From Candidatus Bathyarchaeota archaeon (lineage in GTDB: Archaea > Thermoproteota > Bathyarchaeia > TCS64): a stretch of 64,000 nt of DNA. The stretch spans positions 160,001 through 224,000 of the forward strand of contig CAVYLP010000004.1 of NCBI GenBank assembly GCA_963769425.1, written 5' to 3'. The notes beneath the pieces were generated by a model. That model worked only from the letters and a program-made list of their open reading frames with translations. It had not been told where the DNA came from and ran no database searches. The translations under genes and the position numbers were made by a program. Below are positions 10,856 through 20,396 of the stretch, one piece after another. Every line of letters begins with the position of its first letter. Position 1 is the first letter of the stretch.

Positions 10856-11761
10856 ATGGGGGAGAAGTCGACAGCGACGGCGACCATCCGCCCCGCTCAG
10901 CCCTTCGACTTCCACCTAAGCTGCAGCATCTATGCACGCACTGGGGTCTACACCCATACTGCCTACCTCGACGGTGTCCTCTACAAGTGCCTTGAGTTTG
11001 ACGGGGCGCCTAGCCTTATCACGGTTAATCAAAAGAATGAGGTGCTGAAGGCTAGGCTCTACGGCCATGGTAACCGAGGGCAGTTAGGATCAACCGCCTC
11101 GTGGATCACCTCATCAGACCTAGATCTCAACCCGTTCTACGCGGAAGCTGATGAAGTGTTAAAGCCCATAGTTGACCGACTTCGAGGGCTTAAGCCCCCG
11201 AGAACCGCGACGGTTTATGAAGCGCTCATCATCGCTTTTACGGAGCAACAGATTAGCCTGCGAGTCGCCATGGCTTTCCAGAAGAGGATAGTTGAGCGCT
11301 ACGGGAAATCCCTCCGTCACGGTGAACTCGCCTTCTACTCCTTTCCATCCCCCGCGGAATTAGCCTCTGCCAACGTCGAGGAACTGCGGGCGCTGGGTCT
11401 GAGCCGAAACAAAGCCGACTTCATAACCGGCCTCTCGAAGAGGGTCGAATCTGGGGAACTCGATCTGGAGTCGCTAAAAGGGATGCCAACTGGGGAGGCA
11501 AGAGAGATATTACAGTCCATCCGCGGCGTTGGGGAGTGGACGAGCGACTACGTACTTGTCCGTGGCCTCGGAAGGACCGAGATGGTTCCGTACGACGACC
11601 TCGGGACGCAGGACTCCGTAGGCCTATACTATAAGGGTGGTGCAAGAGCCACTAGGAGCGAAGTGGAAAAGGTGCTTGGCAGATTCGGTTCCTACGCGGG
11701 TCTCGCCAACTACTACCTCATCTTCTCCAGGTTCTTCAATGTTGAACCTAGACCCACTTGA
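10856..11761 (+). CDS. DNA-3-methyladenine glycosylase II (AlkA-like, HhH-GPD)
   Basis: EQQIS, FPSP, LQSIRGVGEWT helix-hairpin-helix, P..DLG. Confidence 0.88.
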   Translation: MGEKSTATATIRPAQPFDFHLSCSIYARTGVYTHTAYLDGVLYKCLEFDGAPSLITVNQKNEVLKARLYGHGNRGQLGSTASWITSSDLDLNPFYAEADEVLKPIVDRLRGLKPPRTATVYEALIIAFTEQQISLRVAMAFQKRIVERYGKSLRHGELAFYSFPSPAELASANVEELRALGLSRNKADFITGLSKRVESGELDLESLKGMPTGEAREILQSIRGVGEWTSDYVLVRGLGRTEMVPYDDLGTQDSVGLYYKGGARATRSEVEKVLGRFGSYAGLANYYLIFSRFFNVEPRPT

Positions 11762-11967
11762 CCTCTTCGGGGCGATGGTGAACGCTAGTTTCGAGGGCGG
11801 GATCGCAGGCGCCGCTAAGACCGCTGCAATAGGGTTCAAGGTAATGCGTGGTAAGACCGCGAGGCGCAAAAACGCATCGACGAAATGACGACACTCAACA
11901 TTAGCTTGATCGGTTTATCTACGCGAGAAAAAAAATTGGAATGCGATGGGACGAAGAGGACTTGGGT

Positions 11968-12087
11968 TTACTTCTTCTTCGTTGTGGCCTTTTTCTGGAC
12001 CATTTCGCAGTCTCTTTCGTGGGCAATCTTCTCGGCTTGGGTGCTGAACCCTTGGCCGCATCCTGAGCAGCTGAACTTTTCGGGCAT
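11968..12087 (-). CDS. 39-aa zinc-finger microprotein (not in ORF track)
   Basis: manual translation MPEKFSCSGCGQGFSTQAEKIAHERDCEMVQKKATTKKK, CxxC..HxxxC. Confidence 0.55.
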   Translation of the reverse strand: MPEKFSCSGCGQGFSTQAEKIAHERDCEMVQKKATTKKK

Positions 12088-12140
12088 TTTATATCCCAAT
12101 TATTTATCCTGAAAAAATGAATAAAAAGAGGTTAACTCGG

Positions 12141-12755
12141 CTAGACACCGAGTCGCTCCTCGACTAGAAGCATCTTAATCTTTCGGATAGGGCTGACCTC
12201 TCTCTCGAATATGAGGAGCTTTCCGATGTTGGTGCCTGGTTGCCCAGCAGCCTTCATGCTCTTGTCCTCCATCGGTAGGCAGTACTCCCAAACCCTCTTC
12301 AACGCCACTTCTAGTGTAGGTACGATCTTCTGTGTTCCGACGACCCAAATGACATTGGGTGAGCTGTAGACGTAGCTTGGGAGCTGGCTGCCCGTGTTGC
12401 TCGCCACAACTACTTCCCCCGTCTCTGCCACGGCGTGAACGCTTCCTAGGAAGTATTGGGCGAGGGATGTCTTCGCACGTAGCTCGTATCGCTTCACAGG
12501 TTCAGTCACACCATTCATCGTTTCCCTTTGGTTCCTCCACCCCTCTTGCCCGTTCTTGACGAGGTCGTAGAAACCTATCTCAGTGAGGGTGTCGGAGCTC
12601 CCCGTCATGAACTCCGCCCCCTGAGGCAACAGCTCAGTAATCCGTTTTAGGGCTTCCCCCCTATTCTTGAGCAGCTCGACATCGATGTTTCTGGATTTCA
12701 GCGAGGCCATCGTTCTTGCGACTGCGGCTCCGTCTGCGAGATCGACCCAGCCCAT
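12141..12755 (-). CDS. LUD-domain (LutC/YkgG-like) protein
   Basis: GSVHAVAETG, TGSQL, VIWVVGTQKIV. Confidence 0.8.
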   Translation of the reverse strand: MGWVDLADGAAVARTMASLKSRNIDVELLKNRGEALKRITELLPQGAEFMTGSSDTLTEIGFYDLVKNGQEGWRNQRETMNGVTEPVKRYELRAKTSLAQYFLGSVHAVAETGEVVVASNTGSQLPSYVYSSPNVIWVVGTQKIVPTLEVALKRVWEYCLPMEDKSMKAAGQPGTNIGKLLIFEREVSPIRKIKMLLVEERLGV

Positions 12756-12860
12756 CTAGTACACCGTGAGATAGTTTAGAAGACTGGGCTATATTTCATA
12801 AACATCTTGCTTTACCCAAAATGATAATTCCCTAGTGCTAGTTGTATTGAGGCGATCCTA

Positions 12861-14169
12861 TTGGAGTTCAAGATCGGTGTCGATTTCGCCAAGAAGCTCG
12901 ACAAGGAGGATCCGCTCGCCTCCTACAAGAAGAAGTTCTACATCCCTGAGAGGGAGACCCTCAACATGGATGGCAAGACCAAGTCTGTTAAACCCATCAT
13001 ATACATGGACGGCAATAGCCTGGGTCTTGCCTCAAAGGACGTAGAGGAGGAGATCAAGGCCGAGTTCGAGAGGTGGAAGAACCTATCCACCCGCCGATAG
13101 CGGCATCGACAAGAAGGCGGCTGAGTACCAGGCGAAGCTAGTAGGCGCCGAGGCGGACGAGGTCATCGTCACGGGCGGTGCCTCGATAAACCTCCACGCC
13201 CTCGTCGCCACCTTCTACAAGCCTAAGGGGAAGAGGACGAAGATAATCGGCGACGAGTTGAACTTCAGCAGCGACATCTACGCCCTTGCTGGTGAGGTGC
13301 GCCTCAAGGGGAGGGACCCCGAGAAGGACCTAATAGTCGTCAAGAGCAGGGATGGCAGAACCATCGCGGAGGAGGATATAATCGCGGCGATGAGCGATGA
13401 GGTGAGCGTCTGCCACCTCCCAAGCGTCTACTTCGTCAGCGGGCAGCTACTTGACATCAAGCGCCTCACGAAGGCAGCCCACGACAAGGGGATCATCATC
13501 GGCTACGATTGCTGCCACAGCGTCGGCGTCATACCGCACAAGTTCCACGAGTGGGGCGTCGACTATGCCCTCTGGTGTAACTACAAGTACATGAACGGTA
13601 GCACCGGCGCCATCGCCGGCCTCTACGTCCACAGGAGCCACTTCAAGGAGACCCCCGGCCTCCCCACCTGGTGGGGGAACAGCCCCGGCAACAGGTTCGA
13701 CTTCAAGGCCGAGTGGACGCCCACTGGCAACGCCGCCTCTTGGCACCTAGGTAGCAACCTCGGCATCGGCTTCGGTGTCTCACCCGTCTACGCGAGTAGC
13801 AAGATGATCGTCGAGGCAGGCCTTGATAAGATACGTGAGAAGAGTCTGAAGGCCACTGACTACATGATGTTCCTTATAGACGAACTGCTCAGCAAAAAGC
13901 CCTACAACTATAGCGTGGGCAATCCACGCGAAGCTGAGAAACGGGGCGGCCATGTCGCATGCGAGCATGCGGAGGCCCGCCGCATCTGCGAGGCACTCAC
14001 GGCGCGCGGCGTACTACCCGACTTCCGCCCGCCCACGACCATACGCCTCAGCCCCATTCCCCTGTACACCACGTACCAGGAGGTCTGGGAGGTCATGCAG
14101 CACCTCAAGGCCGTCATCGACAACAAGGAATACCTGAAGTACGACGCCAACAAGAAAGAATCCTACTAA
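12861..14169 (+). CDS. kynU: kynureninase, frameshift near 13093
   Basis: YMDGNSLGL in first fragment; DCCHSVG, WCNYKYMN (PLP lysine), RGGHV, DFRPP in second. Confidence 0.88.
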
Positions 14170-14240
14170 AAGCATACACGGGGCGAGTCCTACCCTTTAC
14201 GTTAGTAACCATATAATAACTCAAAGTGGTTTTATAGGCG

Positions 14241-14924
14241 ATGAAACTCGCCGCCCTGTTCTCAGGTGGAAAAGATAGCACCTACGCAGCCCGCCTCGCC
14301 GAAAAGGGGGGGCACGATGTCTCTATATTTGCGTGTATGCGACCCGCTCGTCTGGATAGCTACATGTTCCACGGCGTAAACATCCACCTCGCCCCCCTCG
14401 TCGCCGAGGCACAGGGTAAGCCTCTCGCTTCCGCGCCGAGCAGTGGGGAGAAGGAGAAGGAGGTTGAGGAGCTTAGGCATCTCATAGAGCTACTCGATGT
14501 TCAGGGTGTCATCTCCGGCGCAATAGCCTCAAAATATCAGCGGGACAGGGTCAACCAGATCTGCTCAGAGCTCGGAATCATCCATCTCTCACCCCTCTGG
14601 GGGAAGGAGCCCCAGGGACTCCTCGAGGCTGAGATCAAGTCGGGGATGGAGATCATAATGGTTCATGTCGCCGCTAACGGCCTCGACAGAAGCTGGCTTG
14701 GCAGACGCATCGACATGAAGGCAGCCGCTGAGCTGGCGAAGCTGGGTGAGCGCTACGGGATAAACGTCTGCGGCGAGGGCGGGGAGTATGAGAGTCTCGT
14801 CGTCGACGCCCCATGGTTCAGGAAGAGACTCGAGATAGAGAATGCGGAGGTCATCTGGGAGGGCACGAGCGGCACCTACGCCGTTCAGGGCGCTCACCTT
14901 GCCCCCAAAGCACATAAAGGTTAA
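14241..14924 (+). CDS. dph6: diphthine-ammonia ligase family PP-loop ATPase
   Basis: LFSGGKDS, DSYMFH, GEGGEYES. Confidence 0.85.
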   Translation: MKLAALFSGGKDSTYAARLAEKGGHDVSIFACMRPARLDSYMFHGVNIHLAPLVAEAQGKPLASAPSSGEKEKEVEELRHLIELLDVQGVISGAIASKYQRDRVNQICSELGIIHLSPLWGKEPQGLLEAEIKSGMEIIMVHVAANGLDRSWLGRRIDMKAAAELAKLGERYGINVCGEGGEYESLVVDAPWFRKRLEIENAEVIWEGTSGTYAVQGAHLAPKAHKG

Positions 14925-14945
14925 AAACACCCCCCTCACCGTGAA

Positions 14946-15080
14946 TGCCAGAGGAGAGCGCGGTGACCGCCCGCCAAACAGCCTAGGCCGAGAGGCCCAC
15001 AGCTTACCCAGTCGCTCCCCCGCAGTTCTAGGCAGCCAACCGAGGCTAGGGGATAGAGGGCGCCACCTGCTCCGCAAGGA
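14946..15080 (+). ncRNA. candidate structured RNA / 5' leader of thrS
   Basis: nested pairings and two GNRA-capped hairpins (GGCC-GAGA-GGCC, TCC-GCAA-GGA) downstream of a BRE/TATA-like AAAGGTTAAAAA. Confidence 0.5.
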
Positions 15081-15091
15081 AGTAAAAAACA

Positions 15092-16549
15092 ATGGCTGAA
15101 AACAAGAAGGAAGAGGTCGTATCCGCCGCATTGAAGGCGGAGGAGAAGCTCAAGTCACAGTGGTGGATCCTCGATACTGAGGGTGAGCTCCACAAGATTG
15201 ATGAGTTCAACTTCAAGGGCCGCGATAACCTGCGTAAGTTCGCGGGCTACGAGGTCGACAAGGACAGGACGGTTCACCAGGAGCCCCCACACGTCACTAT
15301 GATGAAGGCTCTGGAGCTTGTTGACTACGAGCCCGCCAGCGATCCCGGTAACATGCGTTACTACCCTAAGGGGAGGATGATCAAGGCGCTGCTGGAGGAG
15401 TACGTATCCTCGAAGGTCGGTCAATACGGGGGGATGGAGGTGGAGACCCCCATCATGTATAACCTCAACCACCCGACCCTCGCCAACTACCTCAACCGCT
15501 TCCCCGCTCGCCAGTACACCATCGAATCCGACGACGACAAGTACTTCCTACGCTTCGCGGCGTGCTTCGGCCAGTTCCTCATGGCGCACGACGCCACTAT
15601 CAGCTACAAGAACCTCCCCTTCAAAATCTACGAGCTCACCCGCTACAGCTTCCGCAGGGAACAGAAGGGGGAACTCACCGGTCTCCGCAGGCTCCGCAGT
15701 TTCACCATGCCCGACGTCCACGCGATGTGCCGAGACCTAGACCAGGCAAAGGAGGAGTTCATGGTCCGTTTCAAGATGAGTGGAGACGTCCTCGACGGCA
15801 TCGGCATACACAACGCCGACTATGAACTCGGAGTCCGCCTCACCGAGGAGTTCTGGGCAAACAACAAGGACTTCGTCGTCAACCTAGTCAAGACCCACGG
15901 CAAGCCCGTCCTCGTGGAAATGTGGAAGGAGCGCATCTTCTACTTTATACTGAAGTGGGAGAGGAACTTCGTCGACAACCTCGACAAGGCCAGCGCCCTG
16001 AGCACCGACCAGATAGACGTGGAGAACGGCGAGCGTTACGACATCAAGTTCATGGAGGAGGACGGCACTACGAAGCACCCGCTCATCCTCCATTGCAGCC
16101 CAAGCGGCGCAATAGAGAGGGACATCTATGCGCTTCTAGAGAAGGCGGCCTTCGACATGAAGGTGGGTAAGCGCCCGACGCTCCCCCTCTGGCTTGCCCC
16201 AACTCAGGTCCGTGTAATCCCCGTCAGCCAGGACTATCTCGGCGTCGCTGACAAGGCCGCTGCGGAGATCGAGGCATCAAAGATACGTGTCGACGTGGAC
16301 AACCGCGACGAGTCTGTGGGGAAGAAGATCAGGGACTCGGAGAAGGAGTGGATACCTTACACCATCGTCATCGGTGAGAAGGAGGCGGGTAAGGAGAAGC
16401 TCCCCGTGCGCATCAGGGAGACCGGTAAGCTCGTGGAATATTCGACGGGTGACCTCGCTGCAGAGATTAAGGGGGTCGTCGGCGACAAGCCTTGGAGGCC
16501 CCTGCCGATGCCGAGGTATATGCAGCAGCGCCCCAAGTTCAGCGGCTAG
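15092..16549 (+). CDS. thrS: threonyl-tRNA synthetase catalytic and anticodon-binding part, lacking the editing domain
   Basis: [55 protein letters not shown]. Confidence 0.95.
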   Translation: MAENKKEEVVSAALKAEEKLKSQWWILDTEGELHKIDEFNFKGRDNLRKFAGYEVDKDRTVHQEPPHVTMMKALELVDYEPASDPGNMRYYPKGRMIKALLEEYVSSKVGQYGGMEVETPIMYNLNHPTLANYLNRFPARQYTIESDDDKYFLRFAACFGQFLMAHDATISYKNLPFKIYELTRYSFRREQKGELTGLRRLRSFTMPDVHAMCRDLDQAKEEFMVRFKMSGDVLDGIGIHNADYELGVRLTEEFWANNKDFVVNLVKTHGKPVLVEMWKERIFYFILKWERNFVDNLDKASALSTDQIDVENGERYDIKFMEEDGTTKHPLILHCSPSGAIERDIYALLEKAAFDMKVGKRPTLPLWLAPTQVRVIPVSQDYLGVADKAAAEIEASKIRVDVDNRDESVGKKIRDSEKEWIPYTIVIGEKEAGKEKLPVRIRETGKLVEYSTGDLAAEIKGVVGDKPWRPLPMPRYMQQRPKFSG

Positions 16550-16758
16550 ATGCCGTGGCGCCACCGCTCGATCTGATCGGTCTTCTTGTTTCCTTTCTTG
16601 TACTGTTTGTAGTGCTCCTCGCAGAGATAGACTGCCTTGCCCTCGACGTCTAGGCCCGCAGTCTTCGCCTTCGCGACGTTGACGGAGCGCACAGCGTCGT
16701 TCTTGCAGTTCCTCACCGTGCACTTCTGTCCCTTGTCTATCCTACCCAATGCTATCAT
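16546..16758 (-). CDS. small Cys/His zinc-binding protein
   Basis: CTVRNC ... LCEEHY; overlaps thrS stop tail-to-tail. Confidence 0.7.
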   Translation of the reverse strand: MIALGRIDKGQKCTVRNCKNDAVRSVNVAKAKTAGLDVEGKAVYLCEEHYKQYKKGNKKTDQIERWRHGI

Positions 16759-16835
16759 GAGATACCCGATGAGACGCGATTTAAGCCTAGCCCATCCTCA
16801 ACCCATATTAACCGCCTCAACCCTCCTCAGCCCCT

Positions 16836-17783
16836 GTGCCAAGCCTCAACGCCTCCATCATAGGCTCACTGGAGTACTCGAAGCAGCTCGGGAAGAAGAG
16901 CGGCGAGACCGATGTCACCTTTTATGACCTGAAGAAGGGTGAGACCGTCATCACCATCGTTGAGCCGAGCAGGTACCCGGAGAAGATACAGAGCCTCTAC
17001 TACGCCGCTGCCTTCGGTGACTACGCCGTCCTCGTCGCGGAGAAGTTGGACCAGTACTTCGGGGAGAGCCTCCTCATGATCAACGCATGCGGCATCAAGG
17101 AGGGCACCATTGTGCTCCGAAACTACATCACCGAGGACCAGTTGAAGATGTTCAGGAAAGGCACGGTCTTGGAGGGATACGAGGTTATGGAGGATGATCC
17201 CATTAAGCTCAGGGACAAGCTCATCGCTCTTGCGGAGAGGCCGAGGCAGCTCCAGACGGGGTCAGGCACACTCAGCGTCGAATCCGCCTTCAACGTCCGC
17301 GGCATAGGCACCGTCGCTCTAGCCACAGTCAAAACAGGTATGATCAGGAAACACGACCAACTCAAGGTCTTACCTGGGGATAAGGTAGCCGAGGTGCGGA
17401 GCATACAGAAACACGACGTAGACTTTGAGACAGCAGAAGTCGGGGACCATGTAGGCGTCGCCCTGAAGGGGGTTGAGGCGTCGGATCTGGACAGGGGCAC
17501 AGTCCTTTCTGGGGATAACCTCAAGATGACGACGTCGGTCACTGCGAAGGCAGAGATCATACCCTACTTCCAAACGCAGTTACACGAGGGCAGCACACTC
17601 CACTTAGGCTACTGGTTACAACTCAACCTCGCTCGAATAACCCGCATCGACGATAAAGGGGACAAGAAACCAGAGATGACTATCACTTTAGAGAGGCCAC
17701 TTGTCCACCCTCTTGGTGCACGCGCCGTCCTCGTGTACCTTGACGGGGGAAGATTGCGAGTCGCAGGAACGATACCCCTATAG
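16836..17783 (+). CDS. EF-Tu/SelB-like protein with degenerate G domain
   Basis: FNVRGIGTVAL, VRSIQKHD, GDHVGVALKG, LDRG (EF-Tu domain II); no P-loop. Confidence 0.82.
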   Translation: MPSLNASIIGSLEYSKQLGKKSGETDVTFYDLKKGETVITIVEPSRYPEKIQSLYYAAAFGDYAVLVAEKLDQYFGESLLMINACGIKEGTIVLRNYITEDQLKMFRKGTVLEGYEVMEDDPIKLRDKLIALAERPRQLQTGSGTLSVESAFNVRGIGTVALATVKTGMIRKHDQLKVLPGDKVAEVRSIQKHDVDFETAEVGDHVGVALKGVEASDLDRGTVLSGDNLKMTTSVTAKAEIIPYFQTQLHEGSTLHLGYWLQLNLARITRIDDKGDKKPEMTITLERPLVHPLGARAVLVYLDGGRLRVAGTIPL

Positions 17784-17841
17784 TGAAGTAAATAGCGGGA
17801 TTAATTCGTTCTAATCCGGTTACTCGTTTACCCCCCGCATG

Positions 17842-18236
17842 GGTACCTGCCACTAAGAATCAGATTCCTACTAGGGTGGTATAGCACACTAGCTGGCTGG
17901 GCGTATATGCCTCGCTAGTAGGAACAAGGAAAAACACCACTTTTTGCACCTGCCACTAGGAATCGATCATGGTCGCGGCCTCTCAACAGTCGATTGTGGT
18001 ACCCAGTAGTAGGGTACTTGGTACCAAGTAGGAGGGTACCGTCGGTACCTAGTAGGGTGGTACCGCGGTACCCAGTAGCATGGTACCGTTGTTCGGATTC
18101 TGTGCATATTGGTACCATGTAGTAGGGAACTCGGTACCATGTAGTGTGGTATGTGGTACCCTGTAGGGTGGTTCGGGGGACCCACTAGGGTGGTATAAGG
18201 TTTTTTCATCGCGTCGGTACCATGTAGCTGGGTACC
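17842..18236. repeat. intergenic array of GGTACC palindromes with GTAG/TAGGG flanks
   Basis: 13 GGTACC copies counted by eye, 12 of them within 17998-18236. Confidence 0.85.
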
Positions 18237-18312
18237 GCGTAGTTACGGCCTTCAGATAATAGTAAATTGTTGGTTAGCTTTAACAGCCACTCGATCAACT
18301 CCTAGGCATCCG

Positions 18313-19146
18313 GTGTACTCGATGGGATGCGTTGGCATTACACTCTCGACTGTCGACCCCGTGGGGGCAAACGTCTTCGAAATGCTGAAGGGCCGAGGCT
18401 TCTCCGAGGTCCGGGCGGGGATTTACGTAAAGGGAGACACCTATCTTGTCCCTGTGCCAAGATTCATCGTCCCCGAGGAGGAGTACAAGACCCCAACGGA
18501 GCCGAATCCCTACCCTCTCGACTATGACGCATTAGCCGGAGAGCTAGGAGTCAACTTCTTCGTCGTGGCGAGCCGCCACTGGTCGAAGAGTGGGCAGCCG
18601 AGCCTCACCGCCCACGCCACAGGAAACTTCGGGAAGGCGATATTCGGGGGGCATAACCGCGAACTTCAGGCGGTACCGCCGAATGCCTTGAGGAATGTCT
18701 ACCTAGCGCTACTGAGTAACCCGCCCCAGGGTTACCCGGTTAGTCTTGAGGCGACGCACCACAGTCCAACACAGTTTCGGGTCCCCATGTTCTTCGCCGA
18801 GGTGGGTAGTGGTCCAGATCAGTGGGCGGATCTCAACGCCTGTGAGTACCTAGTTGACGCCATCCTAGACGGGATCGCGTCAGCGGAATCTGTACCCGCG
18901 GCGATCGGTTTCGGAGGCGGTCACTACTGCCCAAAGTTCAGCGTCATGGAGAGGGATCACGCCTTCGGCCACATAGCCGCCAAGTATGCTTTTCCCGAGC
19001 TAACCGATGAGATGATAGCCCAGATGGCTGCAAAAACTGTTGGTGGCGTCGAGAAGGCGTACATCGAGAGTGGGGTGAAGGGATCGGATAAGAGGATGCT
19101 CGAGGCCGCGCTAGGCCGTCTTGGGATAGAGAGCGAGGTTGTCTAG
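18313..19146 (+). CDS. dtdA: D-aminoacyl-tRNA deacylase (archaeal DTD2)
   Basis: ASRHWS, SLTAHATGN, EATHHSPT, FAEVGS, GFGGGHY, GHIAAKY. Confidence 0.9.
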   Translation: MYSMGCVGITLSTVDPVGANVFEMLKGRGFSEVRAGIYVKGDTYLVPVPRFIVPEEEYKTPTEPNPYPLDYDALAGELGVNFFVVASRHWSKSGQPSLTAHATGNFGKAIFGGHNRELQAVPPNALRNVYLALLSNPPQGYPVSLEATHHSPTQFRVPMFFAEVGSGPDQWADLNACEYLVDAILDGIASAESVPAAIGFGGGHYCPKFSVMERDHAFGHIAAKYAFPELTDEMIAQMAAKTVGGVEKAYIESGVKGSDKRMLEAALGRLGIESEVV

Positions 19147-20396
19147 CGCCTCTTACTCTGGACCTTCATCTCGTAGTTCCTGATATCGTTCATCCACTCG
19201 CGATCTGAGGAGACTTCCTGTTCCTCGCAGAACTTGTTCCAGACTGCGCCGACTGGGAGAGTTTTCGCCTCCTCCAGCAGGGCGAGGCGCCCCGTGTAGT
19301 CACCAGCCTCTTCCGCTTCCAGCAGCATCTTATGAGGCTCTAGCAGGGCTGAAAGGAGGGCCTTCTGTGTTGCCCTTGCCCCGATGACCCATGCGGCGAC
19401 CCTGTTTATGCTCGCGTCGAAGTAGTCGAGGGCGAGGTGGACCCTGTCGAGGGCGTCGCAGCGGACAACCTCAAAGATCGTGTCTCGTAGCTGGTCGTCG
19501 AAGACGGGGACGTGGTCGCTGTCCCAGCGGACGCCGCGGCTCACGTGGAGCATCAGCTCCGGCATCTGGAGGAGTATTGCGCTTAGCTTGTCTCCTATCG
19601 ACTCTGTCGGATGGTAGTGTCCCATGTCGATGCAGATGATCAGATCGTGCTTCAACGCGTATGCTAGGTAGAAGTCGTGGCTCCCTACGACGTAACTCTC
19701 GCTGCCGAGTCCGAAGAGCTTCGACTCCAACGTGTCCTTGAGGTGTGCCTGCGGATACTTCTCCACATATATTTCATCGAGGGACTTCGCCAGCAGCCTT
19801 CTGTACCCCATCCTGTCGACGCAGTTGTCCTTCATGCCGTCGGGTATCCAGAGGTCGTGTATGCAGGGCGTGCCAAGGCGTTTACCGATATATGCGGAGA
19901 TTCGGCGCGCGTGCCTGGCGTGCTCGACCCAGAAGCGGCGAGTCTCCTCGTCCTTGCTGCTGAGGGTGAATCCCGTGTCGGATTTGGGGTGACTAAAGAA
20001 CGTGGAGTTGAAGTCGAGTCCTAGGTTCTTATCCTTCGCCCAGGAGACCCAGCCGTCGAAGTGCTCCGGCTCGAACTCGTCCCTGTCGACCTTGCCATTG
20101 AAATCGCCGTATATTGCCTGCAGGTTGACCCTGTGCGGGCCGGGTATGAGGTTCATCGCCTTCTCGAGGTCACTGCGCAGTTCAGCGGCGTTCCTCGGCT
20201 TGCCCGGGTAGTTGCCGGTCGCCATTATTCCGCCTGTGAGGGTGGCGCCGGCTCTCTCGAAGCCTGCCACGTCGTCCCCCTGCCAGCATTGGAGCGATAT
20301 GCTCTTATCCGCCAGCTTCTTCATCGCCTGTTCAACGTCTACACCGAACTCGGCGTAGGTCTTCTCGGCCAGATCGTATGCCTTCTCAGCGTTCAA
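19143..20396 (-). CDS. rhaA: L-rhamnose isomerase
   Basis: CWQGDDV, TGNYPG, WIPDG, ESKLFG, GHYHPTE, HVSRGVRWDSDHV, LDYFDASINR. Confidence 0.95.
   Translation of the reverse strand: MNAEKAYDLAEKTYAEFGVDVEQAMKKLADKSISLQCWQGDDVAGFERAGATLTGGIMATGNYPGKPRNAAELRSDLEKAMNLIPGPHRVNLQAIYGDFNGKVDRDEFEPEHFDGWVSWAKDKNLGLDFNSTFFSHPKSDTGFTLSSKDEETRRFWVEHARHARRISAYIGKRLGTPCIHDLWIPDGMKDNCVDRMGYRRLLAKSLDEIYVEKYPQAHLKDTLESKLFGLGSESYVVGSHDFYLAYALKHDLIICIDMGHYHPTESIGDKLSAILLQMPELMLHVSRGVRWDSDHVPVFDDQLRDTIFEVVRCDALDRVHLALDYFDASINRVAAWVIGARATQKALLSALLEPHKMLLEAEEAGDYTGRLALLEEAKTLPVGAVWNKFCEEQEVSSDREWMNDIRNYEMKVQSKRR

Noticed and set aside
14940-15085. tRNA, SRP RNA or RNase P RNA
   Set aside because: No T-loop/cloverleaf, SRP helix 8 or RNase P conserved regions were recognisable.
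16836-17783. True SelB / selenocysteine system
   Set aside because: No GTPase motifs, and no in-frame UGA selenoprotein or SECIS evidence in the window.
17915-18209. Short ORFs (67 and 80 aa) over the GGTACC array
   Set aside because: Their GT/VP/YH periodicity is just translation of the palindrome; there is no independent coding evidence.
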